Positions 8,057 to 17,797 of a DNA stretch of 46,893 nt are shown here, piece after piece (position 1 is the first letter of the stretch; every line of letters begins with the position of its first letter). The translations under genes and the position numbers were made by a program. Under the pieces are notes generated by a model. That model saw only the letters and a program-made list of their open reading frames with translations. It was not told the origin of the DNA and ran no database searches. The stretch spans positions 1 through 46,893 of the forward strand of contig JAQTLP010000012.1 of the NCBI GenBank assembly GCA_028714855.1. The letters are read 5' to 3'. The DNA comes from Phycisphaerae bacterium (GTDB lineage: Bacteria > Planctomycetota > Phycisphaerae > Sedimentisphaerales > Anaerobacaceae).

Positions 8057-8383
8057 ATGAATAAAGTATTGATTTTAACGGTGTTGTTACTTGTCGCTGG
8101 CTGCAAAGAAGTCCATAAGTCAAAAGAGATAGCCACGGCTACAGACCCAAATACAGACCCGATGAGTGTGCTGCTCAAGCCAAACCAGCAGTGGATTGAC
8201 GAGTATGGGGACAGTAAAGAGTCCCAAATCATCTTTACATTGGTTAGAATGAACAAAGTCAACGGGGATTACCACGTTGCTTTGACTAACAAGATACTTG
8301 ATGCAAATGACCCTAACAGCGTGGAAAGTAGATTAAGAAAACTTGAGCCAAAGGATATAAACGACCCAAACACTATAAAATAA
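8057..8383 (+). CDS. Lipoprotein, 108 aa (signal peptide + lipobox LVAGC)
   Basis: MNKVLILTVLLLVAGC; RBS AAAGGAA. Confidence 0.65.
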   Translation: MNKVLILTVLLLVAGCKEVHKSKEIATATDPNTDPMSVLLKPNQQWIDEYGDSKESQIIFTLVRMNKVNGDYHVALTNKILDANDPNSVESRLRKLEPKDINDPNTIK

Positions 8384-8393
8384 CAGGTGTTAA

Positions 8394-10163
8394 ATGACAG
8401 CGTGGGACGACAAGAAACTGTTCGATAAGATTACAGACCTGCTAACACAGTTAAAGGCGGCTTATAATGTTTTCAATCCCTGCCGTGATACTATTGCAAG
8501 TATTTTCAGGCCTGATTTAGGAATAGATACAAGTAAGGACGGCTTCTTTGGTGCAGATATTTATGAAGGTACGCCCGTTTGGGCTTCCCGCGTGTGGGCA
8601 AAGGGATTTCAGGGCAATCTTGTTTCGATGAATATAGACTGGATTTCCTATTCGATGAAACAGTTCGAGCTAAAGGGTATAGACCGGCTTGACCAGTGGT
8701 GTCAGGACGTCCGAGACCACATGAGCGCATCTTATCGGCAGAGCAATTTCTACGAAGTCCAGCCGCAATTCACGCTTGATGGTGGTACTATCGGTTCGCC
8801 CGTAATGTTGTGTGAGGAAAGTTCTGTTCTTGAAAGCCGGACGATGTGGCTTCCACAGCATTATAAGCAGTGTTACGTTTCGTATGATAAGTACAATCGG
8901 CCTAACGGCCTGATAATTGAAGACCCGACTTGGACGGTCAAGAAGGTTTGGGATACGTTCTGTCAAGGAAGGACGAGCGAAGAAAAGGCAACGTGGGCAA
9001 CCGAACATCTTAGTTTGCAATTCAATAATTTTATCAAGAGCGGCAATTTTCATACGAAACTTACTCTTGCCTATGCTATTTTCAGGAAAGATGATTTAGT
9101 ATGGGGTACTTGGAAACCGGCCAATTCAGGCACAGACCATAAATGGATTGGTGTATATTTCGAGAACGGAAGCGATAAAGATAAAGACAATCCATTAAAA
9201 GTTGACAAGTTCTTTGCCAAACCGTTTGTTGTGTGGGATTACGAGAAGAAATATTACGACCCTGTTTCAAGAACACCCGCTTATATGGCTATATGGGACA
9301 ATCAGAGTTTGCAGCAGATAACGAAACAGTATCTTGAGAATTTGCAGCACAAGAACAATCCGCCCCGATATATGCTGAAGGGTATGTTGGGCAGGGTGGA
9401 TTTCTCCCCTTCGGGAATAACTACTGTTGATGCCAGTGAATACCAGACCCCCCCAAAAGCATTAGACACCATTGGCGATATTCAATGGAATTTCGAGGGC
9501 GTTAAAGTAGCTAAGGAAAATGTTGAACGCTGGTTCGAGCTAAAGGCGTTTACAATGTTCAATAATCTTGTCGAGCAGGGTGGGAGTCCGCCTACTGCTG
9601 CGCAGATATGGCAAATGGTAGGTGAGAAGGCAACGTTAGTTACCGGTATAGAATCTCATAGCAAATATCTAAGGGATTGTGATGAGCAGAAGATGGAAAT
9701 TGAGGTTCGGGCCGGTCGTGGGCCTTTTGCCCCTGATGTTTTGGCGAATATATCCGATGTGATTCTGGCTAATAGCAAGATTTATCCTGCCGATAATATG
9801 ATGGATATTGTGCCGGAGTTCATCGGGCCGCTTAACAGGGCGCAGAGAATACAGCAGTCGTTAGCCCCGATAGAGTCTGGCTTTGCGGCAATGTCGCCGA
9901 TATTTGCGGCCTTCCCCGAAGCTAAGTATATTCTCAAAGTTTACGAGTTAGTGGACTATATCAGGAACGCTACGAATTTCCCGATAAGCACGATAAACAC
10001 CAAAGAGGATTGGGAAGCGGTTGTTGATGGTATAAACAAACAGATGCAGCAGGACAAGCAGTTTGCACAGATGATTGAGTCAGCTAAGGCGGCAAAAGGA
10101 GTTTCCGGCAAGGTTGAGCCAGACAGTATTTTAGGCGCATTGTCAGGCGGGAAGGCGGCGTAA
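8394..10163 (+). CDS. Portal protein (assigned by size and position), 589 aa
   Basis: Large ORF immediately after terminase and the morons, before the scaffold/capsid; RBS AGGTG. Confidence 0.6.
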   Translation: MTAWDDKKLFDKITDLLTQLKAAYNVFNPCRDTIASIFRPDLGIDTSKDGFFGADIYEGTPVWASRVWAKGFQGNLVSMNIDWISYSMKQFELKGIDRLDQWCQDVRDHMSASYRQSNFYEVQPQFTLDGGTIGSPVMLCEESSVLESRTMWLPQHYKQCYVSYDKYNRPNGLIIEDPTWTVKKVWDTFCQGRTSEEKATWATEHLSLQFNNFIKSGNFHTKLTLAYAIFRKDDLVWGTWKPANSGTDHKWIGVYFENGSDKDKDNPLKVDKFFAKPFVVWDYEKKYYDPVSRTPAYMAIWDNQSLQQITKQYLENLQHKNNPPRYMLKGMLGRVDFSPSGITTVDASEYQTPPKALDTIGDIQWNFEGVKVAKENVERWFELKAFTMFNNLVEQGGSPPTAAQIWQMVGEKATLVTGIESHSKYLRDCDEQKMEIEVRAGRGPFAPDVLANISDVILANSKIYPADNMMDIVPEFIGPLNRAQRIQQSLAPIESGFAAMSPIFAAFPEAKYILKVYELVDYIRNATNFPISTINTKEDWEAVVDGINKQMQQDKQFAQMIESAKAAKGVSGKVEPDSILGALSGGKAA

Positions 10164-10433
10164 GTGAAACAAAACAAAATACCTTTTGACAAGATAGGCG
10201 AGTTTTTGACGACCTGCTATTTACATTCAGGCGGGGAATTTCTTGCTTATCATTTACAGAGGTTATTTCTGGAGATAAAAGACGAAGGCGACAAGGCGTT
10301 GCACAATGAAACCCGCAACGAGATATTTACGATGATAGCAGGCAGGGAAGATGAGTTTTTAAAGGCAATAGCGGATATTGTTTTGAAGATAGCACAGGAA
10401 ACAAACTTATTAAAGGACTTGAAAAATGAGTGA
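10164..10433 (+). CDS. Hypothetical protein, 89 aa (GTG start)
   Basis: ORF tightly packed between the portal and scaffold genes. Confidence 0.35.
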   Translation: MKQNKIPFDKIGEFLTTCYLHSGGEFLAYHLQRLFLEIKDEGDKALHNETRNEIFTMIAGREDEFLKAIADIVLKIAQETNLLKDLKNE

Positions 10434-11253
10434 AGAAGTAAAGCACTGGACGCAGGAATTTAACCACGAAAAACTGGCTACGCCGGAAGCAAAAGAGGCA
10501 TTTACTAAAGCAATGCACGACTACGCCACACCAGAAGAAGCTATTATTGGCGGATATGAAGCCAAAAAAATCGTAGGCCGTAAAATGCCTGAAAGTCTTG
10601 ACGAGGTCGAGAAGTGGGAACAGAAAGACCGAGATAATTTCAAGTCGTGGCTGCAAAAGGTCAACGGTGCAGTCGGCGATATTAAGGACTTGGAAGACCT
10701 GAACATAAAAGACGGCCTGCCGGAGAATTTACAGACCAGCGATGAAATGATAACTGAGTTCAAGAAATTCGTTGTTGATGAAAAGATACCGAAGGCAAAG
10801 GCACAAAAGCTGGTTACTTTTTATAATAACGCTATGTCGAAAGCAGCACAGCAAATCGAAACGATGATAGCCACACAGAAGAAAGCGGACGAAGATGCCT
10901 TCCACGCCAAGCAGATTGCGACCAATGACGCGCTTATTGCCGTAGAAGGTACGAAGGAAAAGGTTGCCGAAAAGAGCGAGTTGGTCAGGCGTATGTTTGC
11001 GAATGTTATCACCAAAACGCTCAAATTAACAGACAAAGAGATTGAACAATCCTCCTCCGAGCTTGTCAGTTCGGGCATAACCACAAATCCCGTTTTGTGT
11101 CGGGTGTTATTTCATCTTGCCGAGATAACCGAAGGGCAGGGAACGCACGAAGGCGGCGGTGGTGTAGAAAATAAACCAGTATTAAGCCAGTACGAACAGA
11201 ATAAACAAAGATGGCCTAAAAGTCCACAGTTATGGGGCGACCCAAATAAATAA
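10426..11253 (+). CDS. Scaffolding protein candidate, 275 aa (acidic, coiled-coil-like)
   Basis: Charged, low-complexity helical sequence located between portal and major capsid. Confidence 0.5.
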   Translation: MSEEVKHWTQEFNHEKLATPEAKEAFTKAMHDYATPEEAIIGGYEAKKIVGRKMPESLDEVEKWEQKDRDNFKSWLQKVNGAVGDIKDLEDLNIKDGLPENLQTSDEMITEFKKFVVDEKIPKAKAQKLVTFYNNAMSKAAQQIETMIATQKKADEDAFHAKQIATNDALIAVEGTKEKVAEKSELVRRMFANVITKTLKLTDKEIEQSSSELVSSGITTNPVLCRVLFHLAEITEGQGTHEGGGGVENKPVLSQYEQNKQRWPKSPQLWGDPNK

Positions 11254-11264
11254 GGAATATATAA

Positions 11265-11549
11265 ATGCCAGATGAAACAAATGTAGAAACGGAAAAAGAA
11301 ATAAAGACTGAAGTTGTAGTTAAGGAAGAAAAGAAAACATCAGGGTTTTCGCGGATAAGCCGTTACAAATGCAATACCTGTAATTGTGCATTTGAAAGCA
11401 CGGCAGAGCCGGAAGATGTTAAATGCCCTGATAAGTATTGTCCTACTAACGGCTGGAAAGAACCTGAACCAGTGGTAGTGACAGCAAGTGCAGTTGAAGT
11501 GCAGAAGAAACCGGCTAAAAGCTGGGCAACGAGCAGAAAGAACAAATAA
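11265..11549 (+). CDS. Small zinc-ribbon protein, 94 aa (CNTCNC...CPDKYC)
   Basis: Two Cys pairs; ORF. Confidence 0.45.
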   Translation: MPDETNVETEKEIKTEVVVKEEKKTSGFSRISRYKCNTCNCAFESTAEPEDVKCPDKYCPTNGWKEPEPVVVTASAVEVQKKPAKSWATSRKNK

Positions 11550-11771
11550 CCCCTGCGTGATATGCAGTAAAGCAGATACGGTTATAAGTATATAAGTATG
11601 CAGGAAAATAGAGACACCGCACCGCAAGGTTGCGCCTCTTGACAGTCTGCAAAGACAGACTGGCTTAGCGTGTCCACAACACGCAAGGCAGAGGCCGCGT
11701 AAGCGACACCCTCTCCCGAATAATTGTTTTTACTAACGAAGATTTTCTAAAAATTATTTAGGAGACATACA

Positions 11772-12797
11772 ATGGCAGAGTTAGGTTTAGATTCACGCTA
11801 CAATTTGGTGTCCTCGCTGAAATTAGTGAAGGACAACAAATTAGTAAATTTCGCCGAGATATGCACGGAAAAGAACCCTTTTATGCAGGACATTCCGATT
11901 GTTCCGGCAAACGGGGCAATGAGCAATGAGGGTTCGAGAGAAACATCACTTCCCACCCCGCAAATTATCAAGATTGGTGATGGTCATAATTCGTCAACGG
12001 TCAAATGGGACAACTTCACAGAGAACATTTCACTGTTCGTTGACAGGGCGTCCATTCCCAAGCACGTTCTCGATATAATGCCGGATAAAACTGGTTATCG
12101 TTCCAAAATAGAGAACAGGCACATTGAGGGATTCAGTCAGGGCGTTTGCAACCATTTCTTCTACGGCACTTCCGCGGCCACACCTGAAAAGTTCGATGGC
12201 TTGGATGTTCGTTACAAAACACCTGATAACAGTTCCGGCACTTACGACCCGACAAATCCAGACCCTTCTACGGCCGCGAATTTCGGAGTGTTTGACGCTG
12301 CCGGTACGGGTACAGCTACTACTTCAATATGGATGATTCAGCCATCAGTTGACAAATTTTGCGGCATAACACCTGCAAATGACCCGAAGATGGGTATTTC
12401 TCAAGAAGATTCAGGCCTTGTCTACGCCACCGCAGAGAACAGTTTACAGCGTCAGGAATGGCGGACTGAGTTCGAATGGAAAATAGGTCTGAATATCAGC
12501 GATATTCGTTCCGTTGCCAGAATAAGAAACATTGCGGCCGCGATAGCCAGTATAGACGAAAGCATTATCAAACTGATTTATCAGGCACGCAACGAGATAT
12601 TCAAAGGCAGTGAGCCGGTCTTTATGTATATCCCCAAACGTCTTTTGACGCATTTTCAGGTCTTGGGTGAGGCGAAACAGAACGTGATATATGACAGAAA
12701 CAATATCTATGATGTTCCGCTTTACAGGTTTGGCGATATGGTCATTCGCGCGATGGATGCGTTGTCTATCAGCGAAACTGCCGTTACAGCGGTTTAA
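11772..12797 (+). CDS. Major capsid protein candidate, 341 aa
   Basis: Position after the scaffold gene; strong RBS TAGGAGA; long structured upstream leader. Confidence 0.6.
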   Translation: MAELGLDSRYNLVSSLKLVKDNKLVNFAEICTEKNPFMQDIPIVPANGAMSNEGSRETSLPTPQIIKIGDGHNSSTVKWDNFTENISLFVDRASIPKHVLDIMPDKTGYRSKIENRHIEGFSQGVCNHFFYGTSAATPEKFDGLDVRYKTPDNSSGTYDPTNPDPSTAANFGVFDAAGTGTATTSIWMIQPSVDKFCGITPANDPKMGISQEDSGLVYATAENSLQRQEWRTEFEWKIGLNISDIRSVARIRNIAAAIASIDESIIKLIYQARNEIFKGSEPVFMYIPKRLLTHFQVLGEAKQNVIYDRNNIYDVPLYRFGDMVIRAMDALSISETAVTAV

Positions 12798-12850
12798 AGC
12801 AATAACATAACAAACAATAAAATTCCATAGATTTGGAAAGGAAATAGATT

Positions 12851-13336
12851 ATGGGTATGCACGAAAATTTAGGTATTTTTCAGGATGGGGCAACAGCGAT
12901 TTCCGCTGCCGGATACTCCACCAACTTTATCGATTTGGGGGTAACAACCCCGCAAATCGGTGTTGGACAACATTCACCGATGCTCTGTATCAAAACGGCC
13001 GCTGCGCCAACAGGGACGGCAGATACGCTTAGTATTGAGCTAAGGGGTTCGGCGACCAACAATGCCACAAATTTGAGCGGCACGATTAAGTATTACGGTA
13101 TGCTTCTTCACGGTGCGGCCGGTGCTGAAGTTGTCCAGACCGATGCACGGCTTGCAACGGCCGGTGCGTGGATTTGGAGAGGCAGACTGCCTTACGAAAT
13201 AGCCGTGCGCTACATTCAACTGTATTTCAATAACACTACAACCGTTGGAAACTTCTATATCGATGCGTGGCTCGAAGATGAGGCGCAAAGTGATTTTAAC
13301 AAGCAGGTTTTAACATCTGATGTCGGAAATCCGTAG
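12851..13336 (+). CDS. Head decoration / minor capsid protein candidate, 161 aa
   Basis: ORF immediately after the capsid gene; Gly/Ala/Thr-rich. Confidence 0.4.
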   Translation: MGMHENLGIFQDGATAISAAGYSTNFIDLGVTTPQIGVGQHSPMLCIKTAAAPTGTADTLSIELRGSATNNATNLSGTIKYYGMLLHGAAGAEVVQTDARLATAGAWIWRGRLPYEIAVRYIQLYFNNTTTVGNFYIDAWLEDEAQSDFNKQVLTSDVGNP

Positions 13337-13365
13337 ATGTACGAAAATTAAAGATTTTGGGGCAT

Positions 13366-13409
13366 TAGAGAGACGGTTTGAAATACAACCGTCCCTCCTG
13401 TCCCTTTTT
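13366..13409 (+). terminator. Putative intrinsic terminator: stem GAGAGACGGTT/AACCGTCCCTC (one mismatch), with TTTTT 11 nt downstream
   Basis: Inverted repeat plus T-run read directly; the spacing is suboptimal. Confidence 0.4.
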
Positions 13410-13423
13410 GAAAGGAAACACAA

Positions 13424-16400
13424 ATGAAGAAAACAATATTAGTATTCCTGATAATGCTTCTGTTTATGGAAGACATTGTCTTGGGCAATATGACCTACGG
13501 AGGCACTAACTATATTGATAATATAGCTTATGCCAAAAGCGGTCGTAAAAACAGAGACCCTATTTACAAAACCATTAACGAGATAGAGGCGATACTTAAT
13601 GACTCTAATCTTGCCGATGGCGATATGATTTACTTCGATGCCAACACTTACGTTTCAGGTGCTACGGCAAGCACATTGATTTTTGGCGACAACGTAACCG
13701 GTGAGGATTTACGGATTCTTTTCAGTTCTGACAAGGCAACTTTGTACTCCTCTACCGGCGTAACTACCATTGACTTTAACGACCTGATTTTAAAGACAAG
13801 CTACCTTACTGTCGGCTCAACTGCTTACACGTTGCCCGCTACGGATGGCACTAATGGTCAGTTGCTAAAGACCAACGGCTCGGCTGTTTTGTCGTGGACT
13901 TCTGCCGGTGCAGGTGCGGTCAGTGATTTGGACACCGCCTACAATGGTGGTTCTGCCGTAACTGTTGACGGTGATGCTATTACCCTGACCGTTACCAACA
14001 CAAGCAATAACAGGGGTTTGGACGTGGTTCAGAACGACACCACAAACAACCCCGAAACTGTCCGTCTTACCAATACGGGAACGGGTGATACTTTGCAGTT
14101 TGCCTCCTCCGGTGTGGCTGGTAAAGACATAGATGGTTCTGGCTCTACTTGGAGCGTAACGGCCGCAGGTGTGGGTACGTTTACAGGATTAACGGCCGGT
14201 GCGGGTTCTCTTACCGCAGGCACTACCGTTACAAGCGGTACAGGCGGTTTTGTTCTTACTAATGCAGCCACTATAACCAATGCTACCAATACGGAAATAG
14301 CTTTTACCGAAGATAACGGCACGGCCAATGAAACTTTGAGTCTGGATTTTCTTGTTGATGAAGTAGACCTAAAATCCACTACCGGTGTTGTAACTTTGGG
14401 GTTTGGTGATATAGACGACTTGACCGGCATTAACAATATAACCTTTGATGCTGACTACTCGGCAATATCACTTACCGCCAATAGTGATGGAGATAATTTT
14501 GCGATAAGTTTACTTGGTGCGCAAGATGCTCATCTTGCTATTTTCTCAAATGGTACGTCTGATGACGCTCTGACAATTGAAAGTGAAAATGGCGGTATTG
14601 ATATTCTTTGTTCTGGTGCAACTACCGGCGAGGATATTGACATATACAACACTGGCGCAAGTGTCAATGTTACCGCTACCGAGGCCGTTGCTGATGCTAT
14701 TGTATTTTTTGCCAACAACGCTGCTGCTGGAATAGATATAACTGCCGGTGCTGATATTGATATTACCACAACCGGCGCAGCCGGAGAGGACATTACAATA
14801 GCCAATACAGGCGGTTCGATTGACGTTAACGCAACGGAAGCGGTTGCAAACGCCATTAGAATATCCGCATCAAACGCCGCAGGCGGGGTTGATGTAAACT
14901 TCGGTACTGGCAATATGGATATTTTAGGCACGGGTGCAAGCGCAGACTTCGCTTTGGATTGCGACCTTGCAAGTTTCGACTTCACAGGCACGACCAATTT
15001 CAGTATGGCCGGTACTGCCGAAGATATGACAATATCCGTTACTGGCGCAGCCGATAACCATTTGATTGTAGCTTCGTCCGGAACAAGTGCAAACGCTTTG
15101 CAGTTGACGGCCTCGGCAGGTGGAATATCCGAAACAGCACTTGACGATATACTATTGACGTTAACCGCCGCCACAGCGCACGAGGACGTTAATATCTCGA
15201 CTATAGGGGCTGTCGATACCCACGTTGCCGTAAGTTCGACCGGCACAGACGTAAACGCCCTTATTCTAAGGGCTGCCGCCGGTGGAATAGATGTCGATGG
15301 CAAAGACGATGTGATTATCACTTGTGCGTCCACTACTACCAATGACAATCTTGCCATAAATCAGACCGGAGCAGTTGACGCCGGTATAAAACTTTCTGCT
15401 GCCGGTACTGGCGCAGCGGCTATTTCACTTCAAGCCCTTGCAGGCGGTTTAGATGCTGATTTTAAGGACGATATTATCATCACCTGCGCCTCTACGACTA
15501 CTGCCGATGATTTCCGGCTTGTTCAAACCGGTGCGGTTGACGCTTCTATCAGTTTGGAAGCGGCCGGAACGGGTGCTGACGCTATACGGCTTCAATCTCC
15601 TGCCGGTGGTTTGGATATAGATGCTAAAGATGATATTATCATCACGGTAGCTTCTACCACTTCGGGCGATAATTTGGCTTTGCAGCAGACAGGTGCATTT
15701 GCGGCCGGTATTACTTTGGCGGCCGCAGGTACGGGCGATGACGCCATTGATTTGGCGGCAAGTGCCGGTGGCGTTGATATAGATGGTCTTAAATCGGTTA
15801 CTGTAACATCGACCGAGAACACCGTTGACGCCGTTAAAATCAATTCTACAGTCGGCGGGCTTATTATCTCTGCCGATGGTGGTGCTTCGAGTGAAGATGT
15901 CAATATAGTTGCCGCCACTTCCACGCTTGCTCTTTCGGCAGGTGAGGCAGATGCAAATGCTATATGGCTGAAGACCCTTAACGCAGCCGGTGGAATTACA
16001 ATCGGTTATGGTACAGGTAATATGACAATCACCGGAACGGGCGCGAGTGCCGATTTTACCCTTGATGCAGACCTTTTGAGTATTGATGGTACTGGAACAT
16101 CCAATATCACCGTAACAAGCAATGCCGGTGCAGAAGATTTTACCGTTGCTCTTGCCGGTGCTACGGATTCACATTTGGTAGTTAGTTCTACCGGTACTTC
16201 GGCAGATGCACTTCAGCTTACCGCCTCTGCTGGCGGTGTGAAAGTAGCGACTTCCGGTGCTATGGCTAACCAATTCTATGTTACCGCTGTTGGGGCGTTT
16301 GCCGGTGATGTTATCAATATGGCAACTACTGACGGCGGGATAGCTTTAACGGCGGCTGGCGCAGCCAATGGCGATATTACGATTAACGCCGCTGATATTC

Positions 16401-17005
16401 TTACACTGACACAGGCGGACGCAACGGGAATAGTTATCAATGGCGGCAATGCCTCGTTTGTCTTTGAGGGTGTAACTGCCGATGATTACGAAACCACCGT
16501 TACAGTTTCAGACCCGAAAGCAGACCGGACTATTACCCTGCCTGATTATACGGGTTCTGTTCCAATTATAGCCGACCAGAGTACGATACAGACCTCGATA
16601 GTTAACAACACAGCCACCGTTACCGACACTTCAATTGCTTTGCCTGCCGCTTGGTTTAACGGCGGTGAAACTATAAGGTACAGATTATTCGGTACGAAAG
16701 TAGGCGCAAACGCCGCTATGGTAGTCAACCTGTATCTTCTCGATGGTAATGTGCTTACACTTACCGCCGCCGATGCAGACGCGGGCGACTGGACGGCAGA
16801 TATTTACTGTATGTCAACTGCCGCAGCGACACAGGATTGTTTCGGAACGTTTATGCAGACTGCAAATGCAGTAGTATTCGACCACGCCACAGGTGCAAAA
16901 GACTTGGCGGCTGGTGGAAATATTTACTGCACGATTACATCTGCCAACGGTGCTGATACGGTTACTGTCGAAAGTATAATTGTTGAAGTAATAGTTAAGG
17001 ATTAA
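13424..17005 (+). CDS. Giant fiber / adhesin-like structural protein, 1193 aa. It has an N-terminal hydrophobic signal-like segment, about five tandem ~53-aa repeats (KDDIIITCASTTT...AGGLDIDA) and a duplicated ~100-aa module.
   Basis: Repeats read in the translation and at DNA level with ~160-nt period (15309/15471/15630); Thr/Gly/Ala/Asp-rich. Confidence 0.6.
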   Translation: MKKTILVFLIMLLFMEDIVLGNMTYGGTNYIDNIAYAKSGRKNRDPIYKTINEIEAILNDSNLADGDMIYFDANTYVSGATASTLIFGDNVTGEDLRILFSSDKATLYSSTGVTTIDFNDLILKTSYLTVGSTAYTLPATDGTNGQLLKTNGSAVLSWTSAGAGAVSDLDTAYNGGSAVTVDGDAITLTVTNTSNNRGLDVVQNDTTNNPETVRLTNTGTGDTLQFASSGVAGKDIDGSGSTWSVTAAGVGTFTGLTAGAGSLTAGTTVTSGTGGFVLTNAATITNATNTEIAFTEDNGTANETLSLDFLVDEVDLKSTTGVVTLGFGDIDDLTGINNITFDADYSAISLTANSDGDNFAISLLGAQDAHLAIFSNGTSDDALTIESENGGIDILCSGATTGEDIDIYNTGASVNVTATEAVADAIVFFANNAAAGIDITAGADIDITTTGAAGEDITIANTGGSIDVNATEAVANAIRISASNAAGGVDVNFGTGNMDILGTGASADFALDCDLASFDFTGTTNFSMAGTAEDMTISVTGAADNHLIVASSGTSANALQLTASAGGISETALDDILLTLTAATAHEDVNISTIGAVDTHVAVSSTGTDVNALILRAAAGGIDVDGKDDVIITCASTTTNDNLAINQTGAVDAGIKLSAAGTGAAAISLQALAGGLDADFKDDIIITCASTTTADDFRLVQTGAVDASISLEAAGTGADAIRLQSPAGGLDIDAKDDIIITVASTTSGDNLALQQTGAFAAGITLAAAGTGDDAIDLAASAGGVDIDGLKSVTVTSTENTVDAVKINSTVGGLIISADGGASSEDVNIVAATSTLALSAGEADANAIWLKTLNAAGGITIGYGTGNMTITGTGASADFTLDADLLSIDGTGTSNITVTSNAGAEDFTVALAGATDSHLVVSSTGTSADALQLTASAGGVKVATSGAMANQFYVTAVGAFAGDVINMATTDGGIALTAAGAANGDITINAADILTLTQADATGIVINGGNASFVFEGVTADDYETTVTVSDPKADRTITLPDYTGSVPIIADQSTIQTSIVNNTATVTDTSIALPAAWFNGGETIRYRLFGTKVGANAAMVVNLYLLDGNVLTLTAADADAGDWTADIYCMSTAAATQDCFGTFMQTANAVVFDHATGAKDLAAGGNIYCTITSANGADTVTVESIIVEVIVKD

Positions 17006-17016
17006 AGTATTAAAGG

Positions 17017-17064
17017 GTAGGGACAGGCGGGCGTTTTTTCATTTTTCCGCCCGCCGTCCTGCCC
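17017..17064 (+). other. GC-rich hairpin (GGCGGGCG ... CGCCCGCC, plus GAC/GTC outer pairs) with a 14-nt U-rich loop, downstream of the fiber gene; possible terminator or processing site
   Basis: 8-bp perfect GC stem read directly; no U-run after the stem. Confidence 0.45.
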
Positions 17065-17100
17065 TTATATTAAAGATTATAAAGGTGGTAAAGGTGGTAT

Positions 17101-17778
17101 ATGACCGAAACCGAGATTTGCAATTACAGTTTCGTTAAACTTGCCGGTGCGGGCGACCAGATTACGGGCAATTCGTTCATATCCGATATAAACGCCTCTG
17201 ATGGCCTGTCCAAAAAATGTAAATTCTTATATCCGATATGCAGGCGAAAAGTAATTACCGACCTTGCAGTTGTTAAAAGCCCTTTAAGGGAAACCCTGAA
17301 ATATGCCGATTTGGGTGCAGAAATTGCAAGCGCAAGTCTGCCCGAAACAGGTCAGTACGAATACGCCTTTAACGTCCCTTCGGACTGCCTTGTTATCATC
17401 GACCAGATAGCGGAAAGTGATTTGGGATTAGAAGACCAGAGCAAAATCACACGGTATCAATTCACAACAATTCTCAATAAGGTCGGCAATGGTAAAATAT
17501 TATTGACTAATTCGTTATCGAATTATGAAGGCACAAGTGCGTTTATCAGATATTGCATCGACCAGACTAATACCGGTACTTACAGTGCTATGATGGTCGA
17601 ATGTATATCAACACTTCTTGCGGCTGAATTAGCACCCGTTGCCGGAAAGAACACTCAAATAAGACGTGAGTTAATGGTCGAATACAAAGGAATGGTAATT
17701 CCTGATACACAGGGATTTAATCAATCCCAACAGGACAATTTTACGGAAACTAAAACAGATTATTTAGGTGGAAGATAA
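17101..17778 (+). CDS. Tail tubular protein A-like, 225 aa (assigned by T7-like synteny and size)
   Basis: RBS AAGGTGGT (a duplicated aaaggtggt motif); position before a ~760-aa protein. Confidence 0.4.
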   Translation: MTETEICNYSFVKLAGAGDQITGNSFISDINASDGLSKKCKFLYPICRRKVITDLAVVKSPLRETLKYADLGAEIASASLPETGQYEYAFNVPSDCLVIIDQIAESDLGLEDQSKITRYQFTTILNKVGNGKILLTNSLSNYEGTSAFIRYCIDQTNTGTYSAMMVECISTLLAAELAPVAGKNTQIRRELMVEYKGMVIPDTQGFNQSQQDNFTETKTDYLGGR

Positions 17779-17797
17779 ATTTAAAGGAGAACAATAA

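Noticed and set aside
14029-15924. Long minus-strand ORFs (135, 275, 110 aa) inside the giant fiber gene
   Set aside because: They are antisense to a 1193-aa gene whose codon repeats (GCN/ACN/GGN-rich) suppress stops on the opposite strand. There are no RBSs.
17024-17066. Canonical rho-independent terminator after the fiber gene
   Set aside because: The GC stem is strong, but the T-runs lie inside the loop rather than after the stem. It is kept only as a hairpin or possible processing element.
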